A DNA stretch of 64,000 nucleotides from Candidatus Dormiibacterota bacterium (GTDB lineage Bacteria > Chloroflexota > Dormibacteria > Aeolococcales > Aeolococcaceae): contig CAVPTG010000015.1 in NCBI GenBank assembly GCA_963708605.1, forward strand, positions 51,218-115,217. Direction: 5' to 3'. Positions 9,996 to 18,520 of the stretch are shown here, one piece after another (positions within the stretch are counted from its first letter, which is position 1; each line of letters begins with the position of its first letter). Under the pieces are notes generated by a model that saw only the letters and a program-made list of their open reading frames with translations, was not told the DNA's origin and searched no databases. A program made the position numbers and the translations under genes.

Positions 9996-10571
9996 TTACG
10001 CGGTCGCGCCCGCTGCAGCCTCTGCTGTCGCCAACTCCTCAACCGCAGCCTTGTCCTGCGTGAGCTCGCCGTCGATCTCGAGTTTGACCTTCTCGCTGAC
10101 CAGCAGGCCACCACCACCAAGTGGAACGTTCCAGTTGAGGCCCCAGTCGGCGCGGGTCAGGGTCCCGGTCAGCGTACCGCCGACCTTCGTGTTGCCGAAC
10201 GGATCAACGACCATGCCGCTGTGCTCGTAATCGAGCGCAAGCTCGTGGGTGATGTCCTTGATCGTCAGGTCACCGATGACCTTGTAATGGTCGCCGGCGG
10301 GCTCGATCGACTTCAGCGTGAACACGATTTGCGGGTACTTCTCGACGTCGAGGAAGTCGGGGCCCTTGAGGTGGTTGTCGCGCATCTCGTTGTTGGTCGT
10401 GATGCTCGCGGCCTGGATGGTCACGGTCCCGCTGCCGGTCGTCGGATCATTCGGATCGTCCAGCTCGAGGTTGGCCTCCACCTGCGTGAAGCTGCCACGA
10501 ACTGTTGCGACACCGAGGTGCTTCGCGCTGAAGGTGACTGAGGTGTGATGCGGATCAAGACTCCACGTCAT
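9996..10571 (-). CDS. YceI-family polyisoprenoid-binding protein
   Basis: Track ORF 9996..10643. The ATG at 10571 is preceded by AAGGAG. Matching segments are WSLDPHHTSVTFSAKHLGVATVRGSF...NEMRDNHLKGPDFLDVEKYPQIVF...GDLTIKDITHEL. Confidence 0.9.
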   Translation of the reverse strand: MTWSLDPHHTSVTFSAKHLGVATVRGSFTQVEANLELDDPNDPTTGSGTVTIQAASITTNNEMRDNHLKGPDFLDVEKYPQIVFTLKSIEPAGDHYKVIGDLTIKDITHELALDYEHSGMVVDPFGNTKVGGTLTGTLTRADWGLNWNVPLGGGGLLVSEKVKLEIDGELTQDKAAVEELATAEAAAGATA

Positions 10572-10745
10572 GGCGTCTACTCCTTGAATGCGATTGCCGG
10601 GAGTGCCCCGGGCGGCTCCGGAGCTCATGTCGTTCCGGTCCACACATCATAAGATAAAGTGCTATAGTTTGTCAAGTGGCCACGGACGATAACTTCACCC
10701 GGTCCCAGGCTACTATTCGGGTCGGGATGGAGGACCCCTTCAACA

Positions 10746-11105
10746 ATGGATGCTGAGCGCGATTACTGCCCTGTCCACGAGGCGATCCAGGTGCTGCAGG
10801 AGAAGTGGACGATGCACATCGTCCGCGCCCTCCTCGACGGACCCCTCGGCTTCAATGAGCTGGGGCGCACCGTCGGAGGCTGCAACCCGGCGACGCTCAA
10901 GGTGCGCCTCGATCACCTCGAGGACCTCGGCCTCCTTCGCCGGACCGTCCACTCGCAGATGCCGCCCCGCACGTCGTACGAGCTCGCTCCCGCGGGTGTC
11001 GACCTCCAGCGGGTGATCGATGCGATTGACGCCTGGGCGCGCGAACACCTCGATATCGTCGCCATCGCGGAGGTCGACGAGGAGTCAAGCGCCGCTGTCG
11101 GCTGA
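10746..11105 (+). CDS. HxlR-family winged-helix transcriptional regulator
   Basis: CPVHEAIQVLQEKWTMHIVRALLDGPLGFNELGRTV...LEDLGLLRRTV. It is divergent from the YceI operon across a lower-GC 174-bp spacer. Confidence 0.9.
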   Translation: MDAERDYCPVHEAIQVLQEKWTMHIVRALLDGPLGFNELGRTVGGCNPATLKVRLDHLEDLGLLRRTVHSQMPPRTSYELAPAGVDLQRVIDAIDAWAREHLDIVAIAEVDEESSAAVG

Positions 11106-12276
11106 GCGGGCGCGAAGCCACGGCCGTCGGGCGGCGCTTGCCGGTCTGGCCTTGCTCGCGACCGCCTGCGGATCGACGTCGCGGCCGTCGCCGAGCCCCA
11201 CGGCCTCGCCTCAGGTCACGCCGACCGCCGTCGTCACCGGCACGCCGTCGCCCACCGCGGACGCGTGCGTCGCTCCGTCGCACGAGCGCGCGCCGGCCGG
11301 CACGATCGGAGCCAACTTCGCGACCGCACTCGCCTTCGCACCCGACGGCCGTCTCTTCTGGACCGAACGCTCAGGCACCGTGAGGGTCTGGCAGAACGGC
11401 GCGTCGCGGGTGTTCGCCAGGGTCAGGACGGTGACGGCCCAGCCGGACGGGAGTTATAGCGAACGCGGGCTGCTCGGTCTCGCCGTCAGCCCGACCTTCG
11501 CCAGGGATCGCTTCGTCTACGCGTTTTATTCCGACACGAGCTACCGCACCCAGCACGTGATTCGGTGGTACGACTGCGACGGGACGGGGATACACGCAAC
11601 CATCATCGCCACCTTCCCGGCGGGAAGTGACTGCTGCCACAAGGGTGGACGGATCGCCTTCGGCCCGGACGGCAAGCTCTACGTGACCCTGGGCGACGAG
11701 CATGACGCGCCGAGTGCGCAGAGCATCAGCGACGTTCGGGGCAAGGTCCTTCGCTACAACCCTGACGGCACGATCCCGCCGGACAATCCGTTCGGAGCGA
11801 CCAACCCCGTCTGGGCATACGGCTTTCGCAACCCGTTCGGCATCGCGTTCTCATCCACCGGCCAGCTCGCGATCACGATGAACGGTCCCTCCGGCGATGC
11901 CGGGAGCCCCGGGACCGGCTATGACACGCTGTATCTGAACGTGACCCGCGGCGCTCACTATCAGTGGCCCGATTGCTACGGCTATGGTCACCCGCTCGCA
12001 GCGTCGACGTGCGGCGGCGGTGCGTTGCCCAGCTGGAGCAGCGAGGCGAGCACCTACGTGCCGACCGGCGCGACGTTCGTCGATGCGAGCGGACCATCCG
12101 GCTACGCCGGACACCTCGTGTTCTGCTCCTACGACAAGGGCATGGCGATCGTCACTGCGGGCAGTCCCTATACCAGCGTGCGTCTCGGTCCGTCGGGATG
12201 CCGTCTCGACGTGGTCGAAGGGCCGAACCACGCGCTGTACTACTCGGACACGAGCCACATCTACGAGTTGGCCTGA
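11020..12276 (+). CDS. PQQ-dependent sugar dehydrogenase (soluble glucose/sorbosone dehydrogenase family), probable lipoprotein
   Basis: GLLGLAVSPTF, HKGGRIAFGPDGKLYVTLGDE, GKVLRYNPDGTIPPDNPF, YGFRNPFGIAF. The signal is lipobox-like (LALLATAC). The start is uncertain: ATG 11020 overlaps hxlR by 86 nt, and the only nearer in-frame candidate is CTG 11095. Confidence 0.8.
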   Translation: MRLTPGRANTSISSPSRRSTRSQAPLSAERARSHGRRAALAGLALLATACGSTSRPSPSPTASPQVTPTAVVTGTPSPTADACVAPSHERAPAGTIGANFATALAFAPDGRLFWTERSGTVRVWQNGASRVFARVRTVTAQPDGSYSERGLLGLAVSPTFARDRFVYAFYSDTSYRTQHVIRWYDCDGTGIHATIIATFPAGSDCCHKGGRIAFGPDGKLYVTLGDEHDAPSAQSISDVRGKVLRYNPDGTIPPDNPFGATNPVWAYGFRNPFGIAFSSTGQLAITMNGPSGDAGSPGTGYDTLYLNVTRGAHYQWPDCYGYGHPLAASTCGGGALPSWSSEASTYVPTGATFVDASGPSGYAGHLVFCSYDKGMAIVTAGSPYTSVRLGPSGCRLDVVEGPNHALYYSDTSHIYELA

Positions 12277-12472
12277 GGCATCGACGCTCGCCGCATGCGG
12301 CGATTCATGAGGTCACAGTGTCATTCCGTGCAAATGCAACGATTGCGCCGTTAGACCCTATTGAGCGCGTAGTGCAAAAGTGAAGCCGCAGCGCACCTGA
12401 GTGGACGACTGTCACCAAGTCGAAAGGTTGTCGCTCTTAATCTCAAACGCGAACGAACCCAGGAGGTTTGCG

Positions 12473-12709
12473 ATGGATCAGGACAACTTCACAGACGATT
12501 CCCCGTCCGAAACCCAGTCGCACCGGCGCAGCTTCGGCGGCCTCGGTCGCGGTCCGGCCGCGCTGCTCCTCGCCGCGGGTTTGCTGATCGGCGGTGGTAT
12601 CGGCGGGTTCGTCGCCGCAAATGCCGGCACCACCATCTCAACCCTGGCGTCGGCCACACCGGGCACGTCGCATCCGTGCCCACACACCGGTGGTTCGACA
12701 GCGACCTGA
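12473..12709 (+). CDS. Small membrane-anchored hypothetical protein (78 aa)
   Basis: Internal ATG of track ORF 12401..12709, preceded by AGGAGG. It has one TM helix (AALLLAAGLLIGGGIGGFVAA) after a basic RR-containing N-region. Confidence 0.45.
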   Translation: MDQDNFTDDSPSETQSHRRSFGGLGRGPAALLLAAGLLIGGGIGGFVAANAGTTISTLASATPGTSHPCPHTGGSTAT

Positions 12710-12810
12710 GTCGCGTTGACGGCGGGTGACCGCCTCCTACAGCCTCCCTCCCAAGACGGCTCGCCCCCAAGGCGAGCCGTCGCTGTATCTGCCGCGACTA
12801 CGATCCCCCG

Positions 12811-14328
12811 GTGAGCTCGCGTCTGCTGCCCGCGGTTGTATTCACCGCCGGTGCGTCCTCACTCGCGACGGAGATCTGCGCGACCCGACTGCTCGCCCCC
12901 TACTTCGGTCAATCGACCGTGGTCTGGGCGAACGTCATCGGTCTCATCCTCATCTACCTGTCTATGGGGTACTGGCTCGGCGGGCGCGTCGCCGACAGGC
13001 ATCCGACGCAGCGCGTCCTCGGCCTGATCCTCGTCATCGCGTCGCTCTGTACGGCGGCGCTCCCCTTTGTCGCGCGGCCCTTTCTCAACCTTGCGTTGCA
13101 GGGCTTCGCCGCCGTGAGCGTCGGCACGGTGGTGGGGTCATTCCTCTCGACGCTGCTCCTCTTCTCGGTGCCGGTGACCCTGCTTGGCATGGCCTCGCCC
13201 TTCGCGTTACGCCTGGCGCTCACCGACATCGACCGGGCCGGCCGAACCAGCGGGCGCCTCTCCTCGCTCGCGACAGTTGGTGCCATCATCGGCACATTCG
13301 GGTCGGCGCTGGTGCTCATCCCCGGGGTCGGGACCCAACGCACGCTGCTCAGCGCGGCATTGTCGGTGGCCCTTGTCTCGATCCCGCTGCTGCTGCGCCC
13401 GGCCGTGATCGCGAGCGCGGTGATCATCGTGCTCCTCGTCCTTCCTCCCGGCCTGGTCAAGGAGGCACAGGGAACCCTCGCCGAGCGTGAGACGACCTAT
13501 CAGTTCGTCCAGGTGGTGAGCGAGCCGGGCGGAAAGACCGTCATGCGCTTCGATGACGGCATCGCGGATCAATCCGTCTACCGCGCCGATACCGCGCTGA
13601 CCGGGGGCGAATGGGACATGCCACTCGTGGTGCCGCCACTTCTTGCGGGAGGCATGCATCGCGTGCTGGTGATCGGCAATGCCGGCGGAACGACGGCGCG
13701 TGCGCTGGCCGCGGAATATCCGGGCATCGACATCGACGGGGTGGAGCTCGATCCGGTGGTGACCCAGCTCGCACGCCAGTACATGGGCCTCGACTCGGTT
13801 CCCAACCTGCACGTGGCTACCGCGGACGGTCGCCAATACCTCGAGACCACCTCCCGGCGCTACGACCTCATCATCGTCGACGCATATCGAACGGAGTACA
13901 TCCCCTTCTATCTGGCAACCCAGGAGTTCTTCGCACTGCTGCGTGCGCACCTCACTCCTGGTGGCGGCATCGCGCTCAACGTCGAACGCGTTCCCGGAAA
14001 CAACGCGCTGGTGCAGGCGGTCGCCGGCACGGTGGCCACCGTGTTTCCCCAGGTGTGGGTGTGGCCCGCGCTGCATTTCAACGAGCTGGTCGTCGGGCTG
14101 TCCAACCCGATCCCACCTTCGTCACTCGATCAGCGACTGACGGCAATGCCCGAGAACATCCAGGTGCTCCGTCCGCTCGCGGTCGCAACGGCGTACGTTG
14201 CGCCGCCATCGCGGGATCCGCTCACCGACGATCGCGCGCCCGTGGAATGGCTCACCGATCGGGCCATCCTCGCGTACATCGCCGGTGGCGGCGTCCTCAA
14301 CGAGCGCCTGCTTCCCACCGCGCCGTGA
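12811..14328 (+). CDS. Fused membrane domain / spermidine-synthase-like methyltransferase-fold protein
   Basis: About 200 aa of polytopic N-terminus, then a Rossmann motif VLVIGNAGGTTARAL...DGVELDP...DLIIVDAY, typical of spermidine synthase-like proteins. Confidence 0.85.
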   Translation: MSSRLLPAVVFTAGASSLATEICATRLLAPYFGQSTVVWANVIGLILIYLSMGYWLGGRVADRHPTQRVLGLILVIASLCTAALPFVARPFLNLALQGFAAVSVGTVVGSFLSTLLLFSVPVTLLGMASPFALRLALTDIDRAGRTSGRLSSLATVGAIIGTFGSALVLIPGVGTQRTLLSAALSVALVSIPLLLRPAVIASAVIIVLLVLPPGLVKEAQGTLAERETTYQFVQVVSEPGGKTVMRFDDGIADQSVYRADTALTGGEWDMPLVVPPLLAGGMHRVLVIGNAGGTTARALAAEYPGIDIDGVELDPVVTQLARQYMGLDSVPNLHVATADGRQYLETTSRRYDLIIVDAYRTEYIPFYLATQEFFALLRAHLTPGGGIALNVERVPGNNALVQAVAGTVATVFPQVWVWPALHFNELVVGLSNPIPPSSLDQRLTAMPENIQVLRPLAVATAYVAPPSRDPLTDDRAPVEWLTDRAILAYIAGGGVLNERLLPTAP

Positions 14329-14663
14329 GTGTCCGATATCCAATGCAGCGTGCCGATTGTTGCGCCTGCGCAATCCACAGCGCTCGGATGTTGCGTTCGT
14401 GCATCGCATTGAACCACTGCTTGCAACGTGACGACGTGTTTGATAGTCTTACGACGTTCGGTGCTTTTGCACTGATCGCCGGGGGAAAGGCCTTGAGGGA
14501 TGGGGGACTGCGAGCGCTCCTGGGTTCAGCGTGAATCCGGGAGCGCTTTGCGAAACCGCCGCGGTCGAGACGATCGGACGTCCCCGCGTACTAAGGTGCC
14601 GCTTCAAGGCACACGTCAACTTGATTTGCCGAACGACCTGCTGAGGTTAGGGGAGAACACGAC

Positions 14664-14870
14664 ATGCGACAAAACAGCGGACTCGCCATCGTGCTGGCGA
14701 TCATCGGCATCGCCTGCGCGGTGGTTGCCGTTATCTATCTCACGCTGAAGACCAACCTCTTCGCGTCGGGCCATCCGATCCGGCATACCGATCGGGCGAT
14801 CGTCCTCATCATCGTTGCGGTCGTTTGCTTCGTGGCCGCCTACTTCGCAAGGCCACGACGGGTCGCCTGA
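14664..14870 (+). CDS. Small two-TM membrane protein (68 aa), hypothetical
   Basis: GGGGAG RBS-like sequence 7 nt upstream. It has two hydrophobic helices (LAIVLAIIGIACAVVAVIYL; IVLIIVAVVCFVAAYF). Confidence 0.5.
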   Translation: MRQNSGLAIVLAIIGIACAVVAVIYLTLKTNLFASGHPIRHTDRAIVLIIVAVVCFVAAYFARPRRVA

Positions 14871-14894
14871 TCGCACCACGCGACGGGCGGTAGC

Positions 14895-15092
14895 TCAGGA
14901 CTTCGGCGGCCGCCCCTTGTGGTTTCGTTCGAATGCCGCAAGGTCGCGTGTCGAGACGAGCCAGTCCCGGCCCGCCTTGGCCCCGGTCAGATCGCCACGC
15001 TGGCACAGCCGGCGCAGCCATGATTGCTCGAGACCAGTTCGCTGCGATACCTCGCGGAGGGTCAGGTAGCGATGGTTCGGCGAGCCACGCAT
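14895..15092 (-). CDS. Excisionase-family helix-turn-helix DNA-binding protein (HTH_17/MerR-like)
   Basis: Track ORF 14895..15176, using the internal ATG at 15092. The sequence MRGSPNHRYLTLREVSQRTGLEQSWLRRLCQRGDLTGAKAGRDWLVSTRDLAAFE matches the Xis-type HTH pattern. Confidence 0.7.
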   Translation of the reverse strand: MRGSPNHRYLTLREVSQRTGLEQSWLRRLCQRGDLTGAKAGRDWLVSTRDLAAFERNHKGRPPKS

Positions 15093-15440
15093 GCCAACGA
15101 GGGTAGCGGAGAGGCACTCGTGACACCGTGAAGCGTCCGTCGCCACCGGGTAACGAGAAAGCACGCATGCGTGCACACGCTACCGTGTGGATCTGCTAGT
15201 CTCCGCGGCCTAGCGGCCAGGATCTCCCGCCGGACGCCCCCTATCCCTTGAGCCGCCCGACGCCAAGGCTCCCTAACGCGGCGAATCGGGCGGCTCAGTT
15301 GTGTCTGTGGACCCCCGGGTGCCACAACGCAGCGGCCGGGGCTCACAACCCCGGTAACGCTTTGCTACCCTCCCGGCACGCTGAGGGACTGACGCTGCCC
15401 CCACGTCGCGGGGCACAGTCCGAGAGGCCAGGGGTTACGG

Positions 15441-16880
15441 ATGCACTGGAAGGCTGCTCGCATCGCGATTGTGCTCGGCGCGTGTGCGATGTTGACGTCG
15501 GCGGTCACGCTCGACGCGGGTAGAGGATTGCGGCCGGTCCCATCCGCGGTCCAACCAGGACTGGGCCTCTTGCAACCTACAGGGCTGGGTCCGATCAGCC
15601 CATCGCCGATCGGTGACCCCAGCGCCGCTCGTGGGCCGCGGCCCACGAGCGGCACGACCCCGAGTTCCACGCCCGCTGTGACGACCGCAACGCGGAAACC
15701 CGCCGGGACGCCGCCACCGGTGCCCACGGCTGCGGCGCCCCCCCCGCAGCCGATCACCAGTGTCACTGACTACGGTGCCGTCGGAAACGGGCACAGCGAC
15801 AGCACCGTAGCGATCGCCAAGGCACTGGCCTTCGCTTCAGCGCGAGGCGGCACGCTGTACTTTCCGGCTGGGCACTACGTGGTCCGCGGCGCCGGCATCG
15901 GCTCCGCAATCGAAGTGCACAGCGGGCGCGCCCTCACCATCGACGGCGCGGGGCGTGACCTCGTCACCATCACCAACACGAACACCTCGGGCGGCCTCCT
16001 CAGCATCAAGATCGACCACACAGTCGTCGAGAATCTGACGCTCGACGCGCAGACTGCGAACACACGGCAAGCGCTCGGGGTGGTCGCCAATGACGTCGTT
16101 GTCGAGGGCTGCCGAATCCTCGGAGGCAGGCAGTTCTTCGCGATCTACTATGCCGGTCCGGGCGGCAGCTCTTCTGCACCGACGTACAACACGGGCAACC
16201 AGCTCATCAACGACATCGTCAGCGACCTGGTCGACAACGACGGCATCTCCTGGTCGTTCCAGGAGAACAGCCTCATTGAGAACCTGCAGCACACCGGGTC
16301 ACGGCTCGCTCTCTACGTCGACAGGTATGTGACCGTCCAGAACGATGTCTACCACCCAGGCGCACAGGCGGGTGGCACTGCCGGCTTCTGGATCTCCGCG
16401 CCCTCGGACCACATCACCATCAACAACTTCACGAGCTATGGAATGGGCGGGATCATCTCCAATAATGGGAACTACATCAGCAGCAACATCACCATCTCCA
16501 ACGAGCGTTTGATGGTGCCCGGCAATACGCTGCGCGTCGATGCGGTGAACGGACTGACCATCCGAGGCTGCAACTTCGGCAGCGGCAGCACCCTGCTGTT
16601 CTCAGGCGCGCTGAGCACGACCGCGGTGGTGGTTGAGTATTGCGCCGCGCTCCCAATGATTCGCTTTCAGGGCAACGCCTCCGTGAGAGCGACGTTTCTC
16701 GCCGACGCGTACCCCGCAGTGGCGTCGCCCGGCGCGAGTCACCTGCAGACCTTTTACAACTTCAACACCGCGCACCCGCTGTTCAGCGTCAACGGTGGCA
16801 TCTGGGCGAACCGCAGCGGCGGATTCTTCGACGGGACATCCGCCTCGTACACAGTGACCAACCTCACCGGTTACCCCTGA
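15441..16880 (+). CDS. Secreted right-handed parallel beta-helix protein (pectate-lyase superfamily, Pectate_lyase_3-type N-terminus); candidate glycan hydrolase/lyase
   Basis: Signal peptide and Pro-rich linker, then VTDYGAVGNGHSDSTVAIAKALAFASARGGTLYFPAGHYVV and repetitive beta-helix turns. It is a clear paralogue of 39368..40498 (shared FAIYYAGP...APxYNTGN...SWSFQEN...HTGSRLALYVD). Confidence 0.75.
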   Translation: MHWKAARIAIVLGACAMLTSAVTLDAGRGLRPVPSAVQPGLGLLQPTGLGPISPSPIGDPSAARGPRPTSGTTPSSTPAVTTATRKPAGTPPPVPTAAAPPPQPITSVTDYGAVGNGHSDSTVAIAKALAFASARGGTLYFPAGHYVVRGAGIGSAIEVHSGRALTIDGAGRDLVTITNTNTSGGLLSIKIDHTVVENLTLDAQTANTRQALGVVANDVVVEGCRILGGRQFFAIYYAGPGGSSSAPTYNTGNQLINDIVSDLVDNDGISWSFQENSLIENLQHTGSRLALYVDRYVTVQNDVYHPGAQAGGTAGFWISAPSDHITINNFTSYGMGGIISNNGNYISSNITISNERLMVPGNTLRVDAVNGLTIRGCNFGSGSTLLFSGALSTTAVVVEYCAALPMIRFQGNASVRATFLADAYPAVASPGASHLQTFYNFNTAHPLFSVNGGIWANRSGGFFDGTSASYTVTNLTGYP

Positions 16881-16900
16881 GGCCTCATGACGGGGTGCGA

Positions 16901-16935
16901 GCCGTTTCGCCGGACCGGTTGCCCGGCGAAACGGC
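16901..16935. terminator. Bidirectional terminator-like hairpin between convergent genes
   Basis: Perfect 13-bp stem GCCGTTTCGCCGG / CCGGCGAAACGGC with a 9-nt loop. Confidence 0.55.
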
Positions 16936-16950
16936 GGCGCTAACTCGGAG

Positions 16951-18394
16951 CTACTGGAACCAGCCCTCGACATCAACGACCGCGTTGATGTTGCCCAGAG
17001 AGTTGAAGATTTTGAAGTCACCAGCCGGCGCGCCCGTCGAGAGCACGACCGCTGTCAGGTTGGGAAGCACCTCGCCGGCAAGGACGTTCACATCCGAAAC
17101 ATTCGGCGCCGATGTGAGATCAGCTGGATATGCGCTGAGGAAGGTGAATGACGAGCCGGCCACGGCGGTGAGGTTCGCGACGATCGCCTTTGCGCCGGCC
17201 GCGATTCCATCGAACTCCGGCCGCAGCCACGGTGATCGTTCCTCTCTGGCCCAGCAGGTGTCCGGAACACTGCGTGGTGTTGCCTACTCGAGTGTCGCAA
17301 ATCCGCGTCGGCGAGGTGGCGACGTATTGGAGGCCCAGCGGTGTGGGGGGAGGACCCTGGCCACCAAACCAGCCGTTGGCGTCGATGGCAAAGTTGGCCT
17401 TGCCCGCAGCGTTGTATACGCAGATGTAGAGGGGCAGCGTGCTTGGCCCGAGATTCACGAAGACTCGATTGGCCTGCGCTGTTCCAGCGTTGACGTTGAT
17501 GTTCGAGAACGACGGGCCTGGTTTGGATCCCCCGTACTGGCCGCATCCCCCGGTCGCCGTGTCCGGGAAGACGCTCAGGAAGGTGTTCACAGTGCCGGCG
17601 ATGGCAGTGAGGTTGATGATCGCGTTCTCCTCGGTCCCATCATTGGGGATGAAGTCGTTCGGGGCGCAGGTGGAGGGGGTGCACCAGGCGGGTTGCCCGG
17701 CGATCAACACCTTCACCGTGGAGTTCGGACCGAGCGCGTGCGGCTTCCCGTCATTGAGGTTGTTACACGCATTTGGCTCCTGGCCCGCGCGCGTGTCGCA
17801 GACGCGAATCGGCGCGATAGGATGGTATTCCCCGGCAGGAAGGGTCGCGGACGCAGGGGTGAAGTAGCCCTCGACGTCAGCGAGCACATTCACTGTGCCC
17901 AGTGCGTTGTAGATGGCGACCGCCCCTCCGGAGCTCAGTTGGACGGTGACCGCATTGGCCACGGCGGTGTGCGCCTGGAAGTTGAGATTGGAGGCCTGCG
18001 GCGGCTGGGAGAGGCTGGCAGGGTAAACGGTCAGCAGGCTGTACGACGTGCCGCCGACCGCGGTCACATTGAGAACGACGGCGGTGGCGCCGAGCGGGAC
18101 GGTATTCCCTGTGCCAGGGTCGACGTACCCGGTGACCTGGAGGTTGAGCTTTCCCTTCGGTCCGAGAGCGGCACAGTGGTTGGCACCACAGAAGTCCTTT
18201 CTCGTGTCCAGGATCCTGAACGTTGGTGAAATCGGCCGGTAGCTGCTCGCTGCCGAGGCTGTCGCGGTTTTGGGCGGAGCCCCAGCAGTCGCCTTCGCCG
18301 CAGCTGCGACCGGGACCTGCTGGGCACCGAAAATTGCCATCGTCGCCAGAATGCTGACCGCGGCGGTGACGCCGCTTCCCCTCTTGAAACTCAT
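16951..18394 (-). pseudogene. Secreted protein made of three ~130-aa 'DTR' repeats, interrupted by a 1-nt frameshift near 17215 as sequenced
   Basis: Signal peptide MSFKRGSGVTAAVSILATMAIFGAQQ from the ATG at 18394. Each repeat starts Y-x-P-x-x-P-x-R-[IV]-[LC]-DTR and ends D-[VA]-x-G-[YW]-F. The third repeat continues from ORF 17120..18550 (..TITVAAAG) into ORF 16951..17163 and its upstream extension (FDGIAAGAKAIVANLTAVAGSSFTF...VDVEGWFQ). Confidence 0.7.
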
Positions 18395-18520
18395 AGCGGC
18401 TGATACTACACGGCCGGGACACAGCGCGTCAATTGCAGCAAACACCCAGAACGGGCACCCGGTATCCGAACCAGGCACCTCGGACGACGCCGCCCCTGCC
18501 CGTCGAGCATAATTGAAGGT

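Noticed and set aside
14329-14663. 335-bp lower-GC spacer with an 8-bp hairpin (AGCGCTCC...GGAGCGCT) considered as a riboswitch (TPP, cobalamin, SAM)
   Set aside because: None of the conserved cores (CUGAGA/ACCUGAU, GCCACUG B12 box, SAM-IV core) is present. It is most simply a promoter/leader region for the small membrane protein gene.
8634-17217. Programmed +1 ribosomal frameshifting at GUU-CGA (rare Arg codon) in the MFS and DTR genes
   Set aside because: The third GAGTTCG-associated site has the motif in a different codon phase. There is no slippery P-site pairing (GUU to UUC), no nearby 0-frame stop and no spaced SD stimulator. A DNA-level insertion fits all sites.
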